A model generated the notes under the pieces. The model saw only the letters and a program-made list of their open reading frames with translations, searched no databases and was not told the DNA's origin. Position numbers and translations under genes: made by a program. A stretch of DNA of 55,668 nucleotides, counting the filler, from Sphacelaria rigidula (Eukaryota), in the NCBI GenBank assembly GCA_964200075.2. It is 6 parts of 6 records of this genome, joined end to end, with 100 filler letters (N's around TTAATTAATTAA, not from the genome) between each part and the next. Parts side by side here need not be neighbours in the genome. Positions count along the whole stretch, not along the records: positions 1 to 9,195 come from CAXNAA020009071.1; positions 9,296 to 18,490 come from CAXNAA020009072.1; 4 more parts are not named here. The stretch is one strand, 5' to 3'. Each line of letters opens with the position of its first letter. Within the stretch, counting starts at the first letter, position 1. Below are positions 1 through 11,410 of the stretch, piece by piece.

Positions 1-1995
1 TGATTTGGCTTGTGACCCGTACACTGGACAAGCATGAGATGCCTGAGACCGAAATGCGTTCACATTCTCCGTATTTTTCTTCCCTAGGCACACGAAACCT
101 GGGTTCCCCATGTCGTGCCGGAAGCGAGTGAGTGATTCGATGTATCTATGGAAAGTCTGTGTAGACGATTGCGCGATGGGTATTGTAGGGATTTCAAATC
201 CGAATTGTGGCAGTAAGGCCGGTGCTCTTGGTCCCCAGTTTTCTGTTCATGCCGGGGGACACCGGGACGCAAGGCGATCAACTCGGTGGCGATAGAAATT
301 GTCGGCCACCGCGAAATACCGTTTGCTTCATCGTTTGGTGCACCAGGAACTCTTGTAACTTCGAAATACCACGCGCTAGGTACTTCGAGAACCCGAATTA
401 CCGCGTGAGAGTTCCTGCTCCTGAAATACTTCCTTGTCCCCCCCGCACTTGTTGATGTATTACACGGCGGAGCTCTAATCTCCCCCTAGCACTAACAGGA
501 CGCAATGTTTGACATCTTCACTTGTTTTTTTGTTCTGGGAAAGTCCGATCAATCACTCAGACATGACCATTCCGGGTCATTCGAGCACTTTCGTTGGATT
601 TTCATTTTCTTTGTTGACTTCGTGGCCGTGAACGAGCTGTCGCTGGTCATGCAAGGATATCACATCGTTATCAAACTTCAGCTTCTGCACAAACCGCCAG
701 TGGCCGATGCTGATGCGTCTAAAATCACGACCGTGCTGGCATCCGCGCCAAACGATGCCATGCATGGTCAACTTTCCGATCTCCGATGATTGTTATCTCA
801 TCGGAGGCCACCTATTTATAAAAACCCGTGAAATTTTGCCCCAGGCAATATTCGCCGATCGCGGTTAGCTGAACACACTGCAAATATCCTCATTTTCACG
901 CCGGCCTTGTGTGCCGTGGACAAATCCATAAATTGCAACCATCGTCGTATAGTAAATTGTCACGGTCGCATCACGAGCGATATGTGCAATACGAAACCAC
1001 TGGAAGACTCCTTCACTAATTCGGTGGCGTATTCACTATGGGTTGGCGATGTAGCCGCCATCCCCCGACATCGCTTCCTAGGTGATAAGGAGCAGCACAG
1101 TGCTCCCATCACGTGGTTTCGTGACCGTGGCCCCTCACGACGCCGATCGACCGGCATTCGATGCACCAGCACCGCGAAATACGGTCTAATGAGGTAACTG
1201 TTCACACGCAAAGGCCGAAAATGGCCAGGTCAGAGATCCAATCCCCTACGCCATCAAGATCGCAGCCGGAGATCAGACACCGCCACATTATCCACAGAAT
1301 AGCTAACAACTAATTCACCCGCGGAATTCATAGGCACTTGTCGGTATGTCTCGCTCCCATATTTCGTACTAATTGCAGAACGCGCAGTTCCATGCCGGGA
1401 CCACTGCAGATGCGAAATTCGCAACATCATATCCTCAAGCACGTGGCCCAGTTCTACTGAAGGCGCTCATGCAGAATCTGTGTCTGCATTACCACTCATG
1501 ACCCTATAGGGATCATCCCTCATTTCTGGGAATCAAATGTAATGAATTGCGCCGAAAACCGCCGTATTTCCACCGTGCTACAGTACTGTACTGGGCTGTA
1601 CTGCACCATATGTATAGCGGTTTTCATCTGGAAAATAATATTCTTGTAAACGTTTGGTAGTCGGCGTTTTGAAATGATATTTTCGTGTGCCACCGCTCAT
1701 CGCAGCGAGCGGTTGAATCCGACGTCGGTAATCGGGAGATACTGTAATAGACATTCCTTCGACATCCCGAAACGAAAACCGTATCTGTGCTCAACATCCA
1801 CCGATCTCCGAGCTAAGTTGACAGGGGATGCTCCCGGCCATTTTTGGTCTGAAACAAATTTCGGTTCCGCTTTGAGTAGGTGAAGGAAAAACACGAGGGT
1901 CCGTAAAATCATCTGTGTGAGTGATCGGAATTGGTTCACCCCCGCCCGTACTATGCAGAGCTCGGTTGGGCAATTTCGATTTCGGGTACTGACAT
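1..1995 (-). mobile_element. Degenerate DIRS/Ngaro-type (tyrosine-recombinase) retrotransposon: RT, RNase H and start of the YR ORF, with many stops and frameshifts
   Basis: Minus-strand translations give RT-like ELGHVLEDMMLRI...YRQVP...VAVSDLRL-x-WR (~1240-1460). RNase H-like segments are ILDASASATGGLC (~690-730), VLE*PGMVMS (~560-590), SSAV*YINKCGG (~440-480) and WYFEVTRVPGAPNDEANGISRW (~305-375; cf. DIRS 'HIPGxxNxxADxLSR'). An overlapping frame, IAQSSTQTFHRYIESLTRFRH (~115-180), resembles a YR N-terminus. Family assignment is from remembered motifs, not a search. Confidence 0.72.
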
Positions 1996-2003
1996 GAATT
2001 TTC

Positions 2004-4500
2004 CACGCCCTGTGCGAAACATGATATATTTACGATACGTGTAAGTCGATCATCTTGGAACATTGCGATATATTGCCGGCGTAATATGCATTGGTACCCT
2101 TGGCCGCACACGTTCTGTGCGCCCAATAGGTGTCGGTGTCGTCGGACTGCAAAGATGTTGCCCGCCCAGTATATACTGGTGCCGTGGGATTGCACACATT
2201 TTTTCCCATGACTAAATACTGGGGCAGTGTGGGCGAAGACACATCGCATGACCGATATATACCAGCGCGCATGGATCAACACGTGATGACCGGTCAATAG
2301 ATATTGGGGGCCGCGTGGGTTCCAATATGCCGGCCGGTCAACGAATATATCGGCGCCATCTGGGTGCGAGGAAATAGCCCCATTACGGTGTCAAAACAAG
2401 TATATAAATGGGGGTAGCGTGTGTCATAACATGTCACCCACCCAGTCTACATTATGTCGGCGCATCGATGTCGAGTATATGTTCCACCGAACCCCACTAT
2501 TCAAGTACTACACTCTGCCACGTCCTTCAAGCAATGTCGTCCAGCGAATCTCTTATTCCGTGTAATTGAAGAAGTAAATCTTTGAATATGTTGTCGGCGT
2601 GCAGGATGTTCATACGAGGGCCATTCCCAATCATTCCGAGAAAACAAAGGAGCCGGGGATGTTCCGTCGTCTCTTCGGAATATTCCGGATTAATATTTCG
2701 AGTGAAAGTCATCCGATTCATAAGTTACCTGACCCGTTGGCCGTGAGGCTACGTTTGCTGATAAACCGGCTTCACTTTCACCAGAAATATGACGTCACCC
2801 AGAGCCAGCAGACTAACCACGAACGTTGGAGGTATTTCAAACTTAAGGGTCCGGTTATTTCAACATGTAAATTACTGTGAAAATATACCTGGAGCCTCGA
2901 GTTTCAGATGCCCCTGTTGCGCATAAGCCAGTCAGCTCTCAGGATGTGCTCTATTTTCGGCTGCCGGCTGCAAAAATAGTGAGTGGCTGCCAGCTGCCCA
3001 CGGAAAAACATACACCTATTGGATCTCGCGGGGGTCGAGAGACACTGACTGTGCCGCCTTGCCGCGTCAACCGCCTGCGGCAACCCGTGTACCGGAGGCC
3101 GTCGAAACGGCAATCGCCAACATCGCGGTGCTGCAGGGGCATGGGCTTTACAAGGTCCCGTTAACCTGGAAGGCCATACTACATTAAACGTATGGGGTAG
3201 GCTTCGAGAAAGATCCAGGCGCAATGGATGCGGGAGCCCGTCCAGATTGGGGAAAGTTTAAAAGGGAGCCGCAGAAGGTCGCGTGCATGGCTACGGAAAG
3301 TTTTCAAAGGAGTTTGATGTATATATTGGTCGGAAATTAAGGTGACGACAGAGGCGACCCGGTATATATGCGTTCCGATACCTATTTGGCCACCGGTGCA
3401 GTGCCGCCTATCCACCTCACAGTATGTATCATATATCTTGGCTAAACAGTACGACGGTAGAAAACGCGGGTCGATATTCGCCTTTTGGTACCCCTTTGGT
3501 TACCGGTGCTGTGTTGCGCATACGCTGGACAATACAATATATTCCCAATATGATATCAATACTGTATATTGGAGACAGAGTAAATATGTTTCTTTCAATA
3601 TATTTTGTGTCGAGATATCCTCGAAAACATTGAAGCAACAATAACTTTTTCTCGTGTCATGATCGCGATGTTTTGCATGACATTATATATATTTTGGACA
3701 TGCATTTTGCCTCTGGAACGAAACATTCAATGCGAAATATATATATATTGTTCATGCCGGCCCTGTATAATTCGAAGTGTCAATATATGTTGGGTCGGAG
3801 CGGTGCGTAATATACTATTGCCAGAACATATATCGAACAAAAACCATGCAATATATATACATATATATTCCAGTATGTTTTGCGCACGCACGCTCATCGC
3901 AAAGCTATTGTGCAGCCAATATATATATTGGACACGCTCGCGGAGGAATATAGTGGGCGTTTTGGGCATCTAGTGATACATTATTCAACGGCGCCCGCGG
4001 ACGTGAAAGTGCCCCCAATACTAACACCTATACACTTTCAAACGCCTAATTTGACTCATCAATATATATATTGCAACACCAATATATGTTGTGACGGTCG
4101 GTTCCCTCGTGTATTGTTCGTCCAACATATATCGGACGCATTGACGCACGACATATTAGGGCGGTGATATATAAATTGGTACCTCGGGTGTTGAGTATAT
4201 TGAATCATCAATATATACTGACCTCGTGTGGCAGCCAACATATTTTCCGACACATACATATTGGTGCCCTACCGCACCGCATATTACTCGGCCAATATAT
4301 GTTGAGGTGGCGCGTGTCGTGATATATTGTTCGGTCGATACATATTGCATGTCGCGCGCCTCGACATGTTGATGACACAATATATTATGTTGACCTGTCT
4401 CGCGTGTCACCATATTGCTCGCCCAAGATTTTTTGACCACCCGACGCGTCAACATATTGAGCGGGCAAAGTATATTATATATTGTATTGAACAAGGTGTG
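2004..4500. mobile_element. hAT-like DNA transposon derivative (~2.5 kb) inserted into the DIRS/Ngaro element
   Basis: Exact 8-bp TSD GAATTTTC at 1996-2003 and 4501-4508. Imperfect TIRs CACGCCCTGTGCGAAACA / reverse complement CACACCTTGTTCAATACA. Both arms (~2020-2500, ~3320-4490) are dense in CAATATATTG-like palindromes. Confidence 0.8.
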
Positions 4501-4508
4501 GAATTTTC

Positions 4509-4900
4509 TCGTGTAGTATCCGTCCTTGGCGCGTCAACGTCGTAGAGTCGATAGATACTGGGAAGAGAAGCAGGTCGTGCTCAGAACACAATACCCAAGT
4601 GATGTTTCCGGGATGATGCGGAGTAAGTTCCTAGTTCATCAGGGGGTTTCATCGACCGTCACTGGTCCAAAAAAGGTGTTTTACGGCTCTAGCGCAATAA
4701 ACAGGGAAAAAATCGAAAAATCAATCATTTTGTTTGGTCGTGAAAACGATATGAATGGCTTCAATCGAGCAAACGTACTCGGGGCTCAAAACCTGGGGCT
4801 GGGTAATCTGAGAACTCCCGCTTCCCAGTCACCCCGTAAATTGTTTTCTTTTCGAAATTTCGAGCGGATGACGAGTATCCCCCAATCACCAAACTTTGGG
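4509..4900 (-). mobile_element. Probable upstream continuation of the DIRS/Ngaro element beyond the hAT insertion
   Basis: Inferred only from the TSD, which makes 1995 and 4509 originally contiguous. No diagnostic motif seen. Confidence 0.35.
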
Positions 4901-4945
4901 ACCAAATGTTTGCTGGAGTAAGTGGTGGCACGTGAAAACACACTG

Positions 4946-5204
4946 GACACTTTCTACGATAGCCCACGCCCCAAAAGGGCATGGTTTTGGGAGGCAAACT
5001 CGTCACGTAAATCGAAATGGGAAAAGTCGAGCACAACGAGAAGCTGGAAATTCCCACGCTTGGGGTTGTTCTATCCAATGTCGCCAATATGAGGCGCTTC
5101 ATGCAGCCTGAACCCGAACGTCAGGCGCTGTACGGCCAATGTTTTGGTGACACTTTTGAGCTGTTTTTTTGGGGGGAGAGGGTGGGGCTATCTTATAAAG
5201 TGCC
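4946..5204 (+). mobile_element. MITE family A (~259 bp, GACACTTTCTACGATAGCCC TIR, 4-bp TSD)
   Basis: Left end GACACTTTCTACGATAGCCC; right end GGGCTATCTTATAAAGTGCC. TSD ACTG at 4942-4945 and 5205-5208. A second copy lies inverted at 30749-31003. Confidence 0.8.
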
Positions 5205-5609
5205 ACTGTTTAATCTCTGCTGACGAAAAAACCACAAGAATGTCTTGATTCAGATGTTGACTACTGTAAGGGTGGTAGTGAATTGCGACCCTGTTAGCCG
5301 TCACGTGTGCGCATTCCCGGGTGCAACAGATGAAAGCAAGAACAAAAGAAATGGAGGATGCGTTCACCACAGCATGAAATTCATGTACCCAGGAATACAA
5401 ACAACACCAACTGGAACCGAAAATAGCGGACACCATTTGCGAAATATCGACGTTGCCTGGCTCACCACATCACACAGAACACGACATCAGACCCTTCTAC
5501 TCCCACCACAGATCACCACGTCCTGTGGTTTTGTACGGTCTCTAAACCGAGCGGAACTCGTAGAAACGATGCCTCGAAAGCGGACAAAAGGCTGTTGCGC
5601 TCAAACAAT

Positions 5610-5868
5610 GTTTTCGTGGGATTGAGAGTAGAGCGTTATGTGAGATTGGGTTTCATCACTCACCTCAACTTGACCAACTTTTCATTCTCCCGGTGCTTTT
5701 CTTCACCTGCCGCTCTGGCATGTGCTTACAGCTACACGTCGATATCCTACTCGGGGATGTCAAAGGCTTCAGTGGCAAGCTGCTGCAGGAACCGTGTCGG
5801 GCCTCGTCGAGGGACATTCCGGAAGTGAAACTAGTCAGTCATTAGTTGACCTCTTCTCGCTCTCAATC
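5610..5868 (+). repeat. Dispersed repeat, inverted homolog of ~36680-36946
   Basis: Shared CTTACAGC(T/A)ACACGTCGATATCCTACTC.G.A..TCAAAGGCTTCAGTGGC and CATTAGTTGACC...CTCTCAATCG. Confidence 0.75.
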
Positions 5869-7599
5869 GCATCCTTTCCTCTCCATCACACGAGAACACC
5901 GTTTTTAGCAGGTGCAAAGCAGCAGCTCCACCTCGTCGCCAGCTGTTTCCCCTTGTACTTTGGCGGTTTTCTTTGCCTATTTGATTTCCTTTCAACTCGA
6001 TACTCGAATATTCTCTGCTGAGACCCGTGGTCAGACACAAGGACAAAACACGCCCACACACTACCAGTGAACAACCGCTTCCGAATCCGCTCCTTCTGAT
6101 TCGAAAACATCTGCCTGAAAAACGTGTTTCCGGTGATTGATTCAGATGTTGCTCGTGCAGTTTCTATGGGACGTTTCAAGGAGAGAAATAACGTCTCCGA
6201 ATGGGGATTGCCCCCAGTGAATGCTTTTCGCCCCCACCTCGTTGAGGGAAACGGCTGTTACCGGAGAAATCGAAGTTTGTCGACCCAGGGGATAAAAAAA
6301 ACGCCCCCATCAAGCATGGTGCGGCCAGCTTTGCAGACGGTACACACATGAAGATACGGCGGCTCACGTCAAGAACAGACAACACAGTGTACGATATAGC
6401 AGTGTTATAATGCAATCCGTGTCGCTGCGAAACTGTGCATCCAGTACACACAGGTGGACACGCAGTTGTTCAGTATGTGCATGCGGCACAACGGCAGCAG
6501 CATACTGCAGGGTGCGTGCAGTGCTGCCGTGCAGATGGGGCAGTGTGGTACATAGCTACGGACAACGGACAGTACAGCGGCCGCTGTTTCGCACATCAAG
6601 TTGTTGTTTTTAAGTATCACGATGGGCGGGCGTACGCGCCAATCTATTTTCGGAGGTGTACAAAACGGTTTCGAAAATTGCTCTTCTCGGAAGACTGTCA
6701 CTGGCCGACCTTTTGCTCAGTCGTCGCATTAGAGGAAGCGGGCTCGATAGCAAGAACCTTGAAGAAAATATACATAACTCCAAGAAATCGAACAACTTGC
6801 ACATTGAGCAACTCATAGTACAATTGCCGCGGATTTTCTATGGTGACTTCATTGTGGGGCACTGTTTTTTGACGGTACCTGCACTGTCGCGGCATGGTAT
6901 TACGTGGTACGCATAATCTGTTTCACGATACGGCACGATACGGCACGATACGGCAACAGAAATTCGCGATACGGTTCTAATTGTGAACGTGGCGTACAAA
7001 TGTCTATTTTCGCGGTATGGTGATCGTGTGAGATTTGCAAATTTTCGCATAAGCCGACGAAACGTTCATTATACTGCGGAAGACATTCCGGGCAGGGAAA
7101 GCTTCGCTTGGTTCGTATTGTCTTGCTTGAACTTTCACTCTCAGGCCCACTTCAGCCATCAGGCAATTACTTTTAGCACCATGATTGATGGGTCGTGGAA
7201 TCTGTTGTGACGGTTTGTGCCGTTTGTGTGATGACGTTGGATCTCCGCGCGTACATTTCTTCTCCACCTGTTGTTCACGCCTGTCCCTCCTTTCTCAAGG
7301 TAACAGCTTTCGTGTGCGTGTCCCCCACAGCAGCTCAAATCATCATGTTGTGATGTCGATATTTACTCGGGAGTTGGTACGATGATCGCTTTGTTCTCGA
7401 TATTTCACGACACGCCTCCTTCTTCAGCACACCCGTTTCGTCCAAATCTATAGCAGTCTCAATGACGGAGAGATACTGTTGAATTGCTTTTTTTCTTGTA
7501 ACGAATTCCATCTACCACGGTGTGTGTCTGCACTGGCAACTCTGCACGCTCATCTTCAAGACACGTTGCATTGCCCTGAGCGTCACTCCAGCTATACCC

Positions 7600-7759
7600 C
7601 AGATATGGGAGGCACCGATAGCCTGCATGTTCCGGATGCGTGTTACCCACGAAACTCCGCCTTTGAACAAATACGGCACGCTATGGTATTGCATCCAAAG
7701 CAACAAAGACACGAGCGGGTCGTCCGTGCCTTGCGTGTGCACACAAAACAACTGTCCCC
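7600..7759 (-). pseudogene. Degenerate PHD/ADD-like zinc-finger remnant
   Basis: Minus frame GDSCFVCTRKARTTRSCLCCFGCNTIACRICSKAEFRG* shows CxxC...CxxC-x4-CxxC spacing. A shifted frame continues ...HAGYRCLPY. Flanked by stops. Confidence 0.4.
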
Positions 7760-8607
7760 TCAGAGCAGCGTGAGTGCCGGTTACACCAAGCCCTGTGCTT
7801 CTCAACTGCCTCACGGGGAAGTTGGACGCATGGACTACGGCTACTCGAGTCCCTGCAGATCCACACCTCCGCACGTCCACCGCATGGCCCGTCGATAACT
7901 CCTGTCTCGGGTCACGCCAATGGCTTGTGCCGGAGGATGTCGGTTGGTCAGAGTATGCGCAAGAGTATTTGTTGTTTTATCTGCGTGACGCATCAAAGTA
8001 TTTCCAAGCCCAAGAATCCACGAGCTGCTTTGCTTTGATCCCATCCAGTTAATAAGTTTCAGGTATCAGTGATTATACGCGCCAGGCAAGGGGGATATCA
8101 ACAGAGTAACTCCATTTCCCGAGAGGAGTGTATTTCTACGACCCTCCCTAGTTCGAAGGTGTGTCTTGTTTCAGCAGGGGGTGACGGGGGCGACTGGTAT
8201 AGGCACAGCTGGCTATCATAATGCCGCCTAGCTAGTGCCGTATGGCGTTTACCATCGCCCTGCCAGTGACCGCCGCCGCCACACCTAGCGTACAGCACCC
8301 TTTTCGTACCCACACAATTTTAAGTGGTGTCGCCCAACAGCACATGACAGTAGGCTGAAAAAGTGATGGATCGGCGAGTGCTGCCCTCCTCCACATCACC
8401 GTGTGCCTGGTGTAGGCTTTCGGCATCAACCGTTTATTTGCTGAGGAACATCACTCACATGAACTGATGGTTCATCAAGCCTGTGTCACCCCCGATTCGA
8501 GGTGCATAAAGGAGAATGATTGCATGCCCGTCGTGTGTACAGAAACCATACTAGCGACCTCGACCGTGGAGATTTTTGTCCATCTCGGGCTTCGACACCC
8601 CTCCCTT

Positions 8608-9033
8608 GAACACGGGATCTTACAAATTGGGGATGGATAATTTATTAGGGATGACAAACCTGGAGAATTAAAATCTTCGGAATTTTGTTTCACTTCCTCA
8701 CTTACTGATAGCTATTGACAACTACTACACGTCATACAAATTTTTATCTCGATAACCAAATTGTTGAGGTCCTATGTGAAAACTTAATTTTGGGAAATTT
8801 CGGGTGTCGAAACGGACGCCGAAATAGTTCCGGAATCGATTTTTTATCTAGGACCCCAACATTTCGGTTTTCGGGATTCAAATTTCTATGGGTTGTAGCA
8901 GTTGTCAATAGCTATCAGTAGGTGAAGAATGGAATAATATTTCGAAGATTTGGTGTGGATACAAAAATGTTGATTCTCCGGGTTTCTCATCCCCAATAAA
9001 CGATCCATCCCCAACTTGTAAGATCCCGGGTCC
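8608..9033. mobile_element. Foldback/MITE with long (~110-140 bp) imperfect TIRs
   Basis: CGGGATCTTACAAATTGGGGATGGAT...TACTGATAGCTATTGACAACTAC (8613-8727) is the inverse of GTTGTCAATAGCTATCAGTAGG...ATCCATCCCCAACTTGTAAGATCCCG (8901-9028). A partial relative lies at ~37181-37290. Confidence 0.75.
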
Positions 9034-9102
9034 TTTTTTTGAGCCGTGCCGCCACGCTGCGAAGACACATACAGAGACAGATACTATGCTTCTTGTGAAA
9101 AG

Positions 9103-9139
<37 letters not shown>

Positions 9140-9316
9140 ACCACCCCTCCCCCCCCCCCCCCCCCCCCCCCCCTCGTGCGTTCCTCCCTTCTCTCNNNNN
9201 NNNNNNNNNNNNNNNNNNNNNNNNNNNNNNNNNNNNNNNTTAATTAATTAANNNNNNNNNNNNNNNNNNNNNNNNNNNNNNNNNNNNNNNNNNNNACTTT
9301 GCTCCGGGGAACACTT

Positions 9317-9680
9317 TGCACCCCCCTTGCCCGAGCGTTCTTGGTGTGCCTTCGTTGGGGTTAGGGGGTTAGGGTTTAGGGTTTTACAGTTAGTGTTGTT
9401 CGAAATCATAAAATTTCCGAGAAACTTCTCACCTCTACCAAGTGGCATACTGACCTGTGATCACGTTATTTTAAAATAGTTCTGCATCAAAATTCGGTTC
9501 ACTGTGCACCCCCCTTGCCCGAAGGTTCTCGGTATGCCTTCGGTGGGGTCAAGGTCGGGGTCAGTGTTACTCGTAGTGTTATTCGAAACCATAAATTTCC
9601 GAGAAACGTCCCACCCCCACCAAGTGGTAAACTGACCTCTGACCACGTCGCTTTCAAATATTTTTGCACCAAAATTCCCG
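9317..9680 (+). repeat. Two tandem ~187-bp units with TTAGGG-like motifs in the first
   Basis: TGCACCCCCCTTGCCCGA...TTCGAAA(T/C)CATAAATTTCCGAGAAAC...CCAAGTGG...CTGACC...CACGT...CAAAATTC occurs at ~9317 and ~9504. Confidence 0.8.
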
Positions 9681-10070
9681 TCAGATCACGGGCTTCCAGC
9701 AGGATGACCGCCGTTCCGGACGAGTCGACCGTCTTGGTGTGAATAACGAAAAACCTCCCGTTTGAAAAAAAAAAAAAAAGTTTCTACTTTCACGAACAGG
9801 GTGGTGCATGGAGATCATTTTTCACAACTCCTTCTCACGATACTAAAAATACGCCAGCCATGTTTCGAATGGGCCACTTTCACGGTCGTCGGTCCAAAGA
9901 GCTATCCGAAGTATACATGGAAAAATAAACAGAGGAACAGAGTTCCTCGTTTCGAAATACAGTGGTACGCTGGTATCGGGGCAGGAAGACCAGTGCGTTG
10001 ACAAGCTACAGGCTGCCCAGTACTAGAAGATGAAACAAAAGAAAATGTGACGCTGGATTTTTCGCTCGAA

Positions 10071-10343
10071 GTTTTGAGAGCTAAGACCGGTCATCAAGGA
10101 CAGGGAATACCGTCACGGAAAAAAACAAAAAGACAAGGTACCTGGTGATGTTTTTGTGTTTTGTTTTGAGAGCTAGGACCGGTTATCAAGGACAGAAAAT
10201 ACCGTTACGAAAAAAAAGACAGGGTACCTTCTAATGCTTTTTTTGTTTTGAGAGCTAAGACCGGTTATCAAGGACAGAAAATATCGTTACACACACACAC
10301 ACAAAAGAGGCAATGTACCTTTTACCTGTAATGTTTTTTTTTT
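10071..10343 (+). repeat. Three tandem ~85-92-bp units
   Basis: GTTTTGAGAGCTA(A/G)GACCGGT(C/T)ATCAAGGACAG occurs three times (~10071, 10163, 10245). Confidence 0.9.
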
Positions 10344-11410
10344 GTGATTCAGCGTTTCAAAAAACACGGAATCATTTTTCGAATTGTTCGCGTTTAGGTG
10401 GAGGACGGCATTTTGTTTTCGAGAAAATGGAGAATAACAAGAAAAAAACATATACTTGTTCTGATGGTGCGCACTGTATAGTACTCAACGAGTACGCTCT
10501 GCGCTCTAGCGCGGGCTCGTGGTAACAGCTCGATAGTTACGCAACACGATCACCGTTTGATCAAGATTGGCGTTGCTGGTAGTAGTTTTCCCTAGCAGTC
10601 TTTGGATACTGCGGAGGCCATGTCTTGTTCGGGCTGTATGTCGCACTGGGTCGAAACAACACGTGTTGTGTGGTCCGTGAAAGGCAACTGTCCCTTTCTG
10701 TCACGCACACCACAGGGGTACACTTTTTTAGAGGTGGGGGCTATTGTTCCGAATAATGAAAACCCCGTTAGAAGCCCTATCTCCAGGCGGAGCCATCTGT
10801 GAAAAGTTCTTTGTTTTTGTTCTTCTTTTTGTTATTTTTTCTCGTTCCTCGCCTCAGTATACCCCCCAAAATCCCACATGACCTTCGCCTTGTTGATTTT
10901 CACGTCTCCCCAGTATTTCAGGTCCCTAATCCTTCAAACCTCGATCGAAAAATCCAACATGTGTTCATTCCCGCGAGGGCGGCGAAAATCTCATACGTCA
11001 TTGCAGATGTTTACCCACAATTTGATCGTTGCCGTCACTTTTGAACGGCGAAGAGGTTGGAGCCGTAGAAGGCCTCTGTGCTCACCTCCATGCTAGCTAC
11101 ACGCCCCCCGCCCATTTTCAGCGCAACCGGACAAGCATTCGAGTATCACGATTTTGTGTACCGAACCGTCGAGAACGGCTGGCGACGGCACAACGCAGTA
11201 TTTGGAGTCGTCAGGATAGTCTGAAAGCGATGAAAGTGCCTCTCAGTGACAGGTCAAAGCGCACGGTGCACTCCAGATCGGCCGCACGGTTGTAGACAAC
11301 CTACCTGGTTGTTTTATTTATTGGTGGTGGTGCCCGTCCTATTTGCGCCGGAGACATGTTCTGGGGAGTCGAGAAAGTAGCCTGTACGACCACGGCAAGT
11401 AATAGGCCGG

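Noticed and set aside
3320..4490. Repeat-spacer-like pattern suggesting a CRISPR-type array
   Set aside because: The repeats are short, degenerate and irregularly spaced, no cas-like genes are present, and the patch is explained as the arm of a TIR/TSD-bounded element.
9196..9295. N-run/TTAATTAATTAA/N-run, also at 18491, 27786, 37081 and 46375
   Set aside because: Identical 100-nt artificial contig linker with stops in all six frames. Not a biological repeat, and ORFs touching it are artefacts.
9355..9385. TTAGGG-like motifs (also ~23030-23041) as telomere
   Set aside because: Only two or three imperfect units inside a dispersed repeat. Not a telomeric array.
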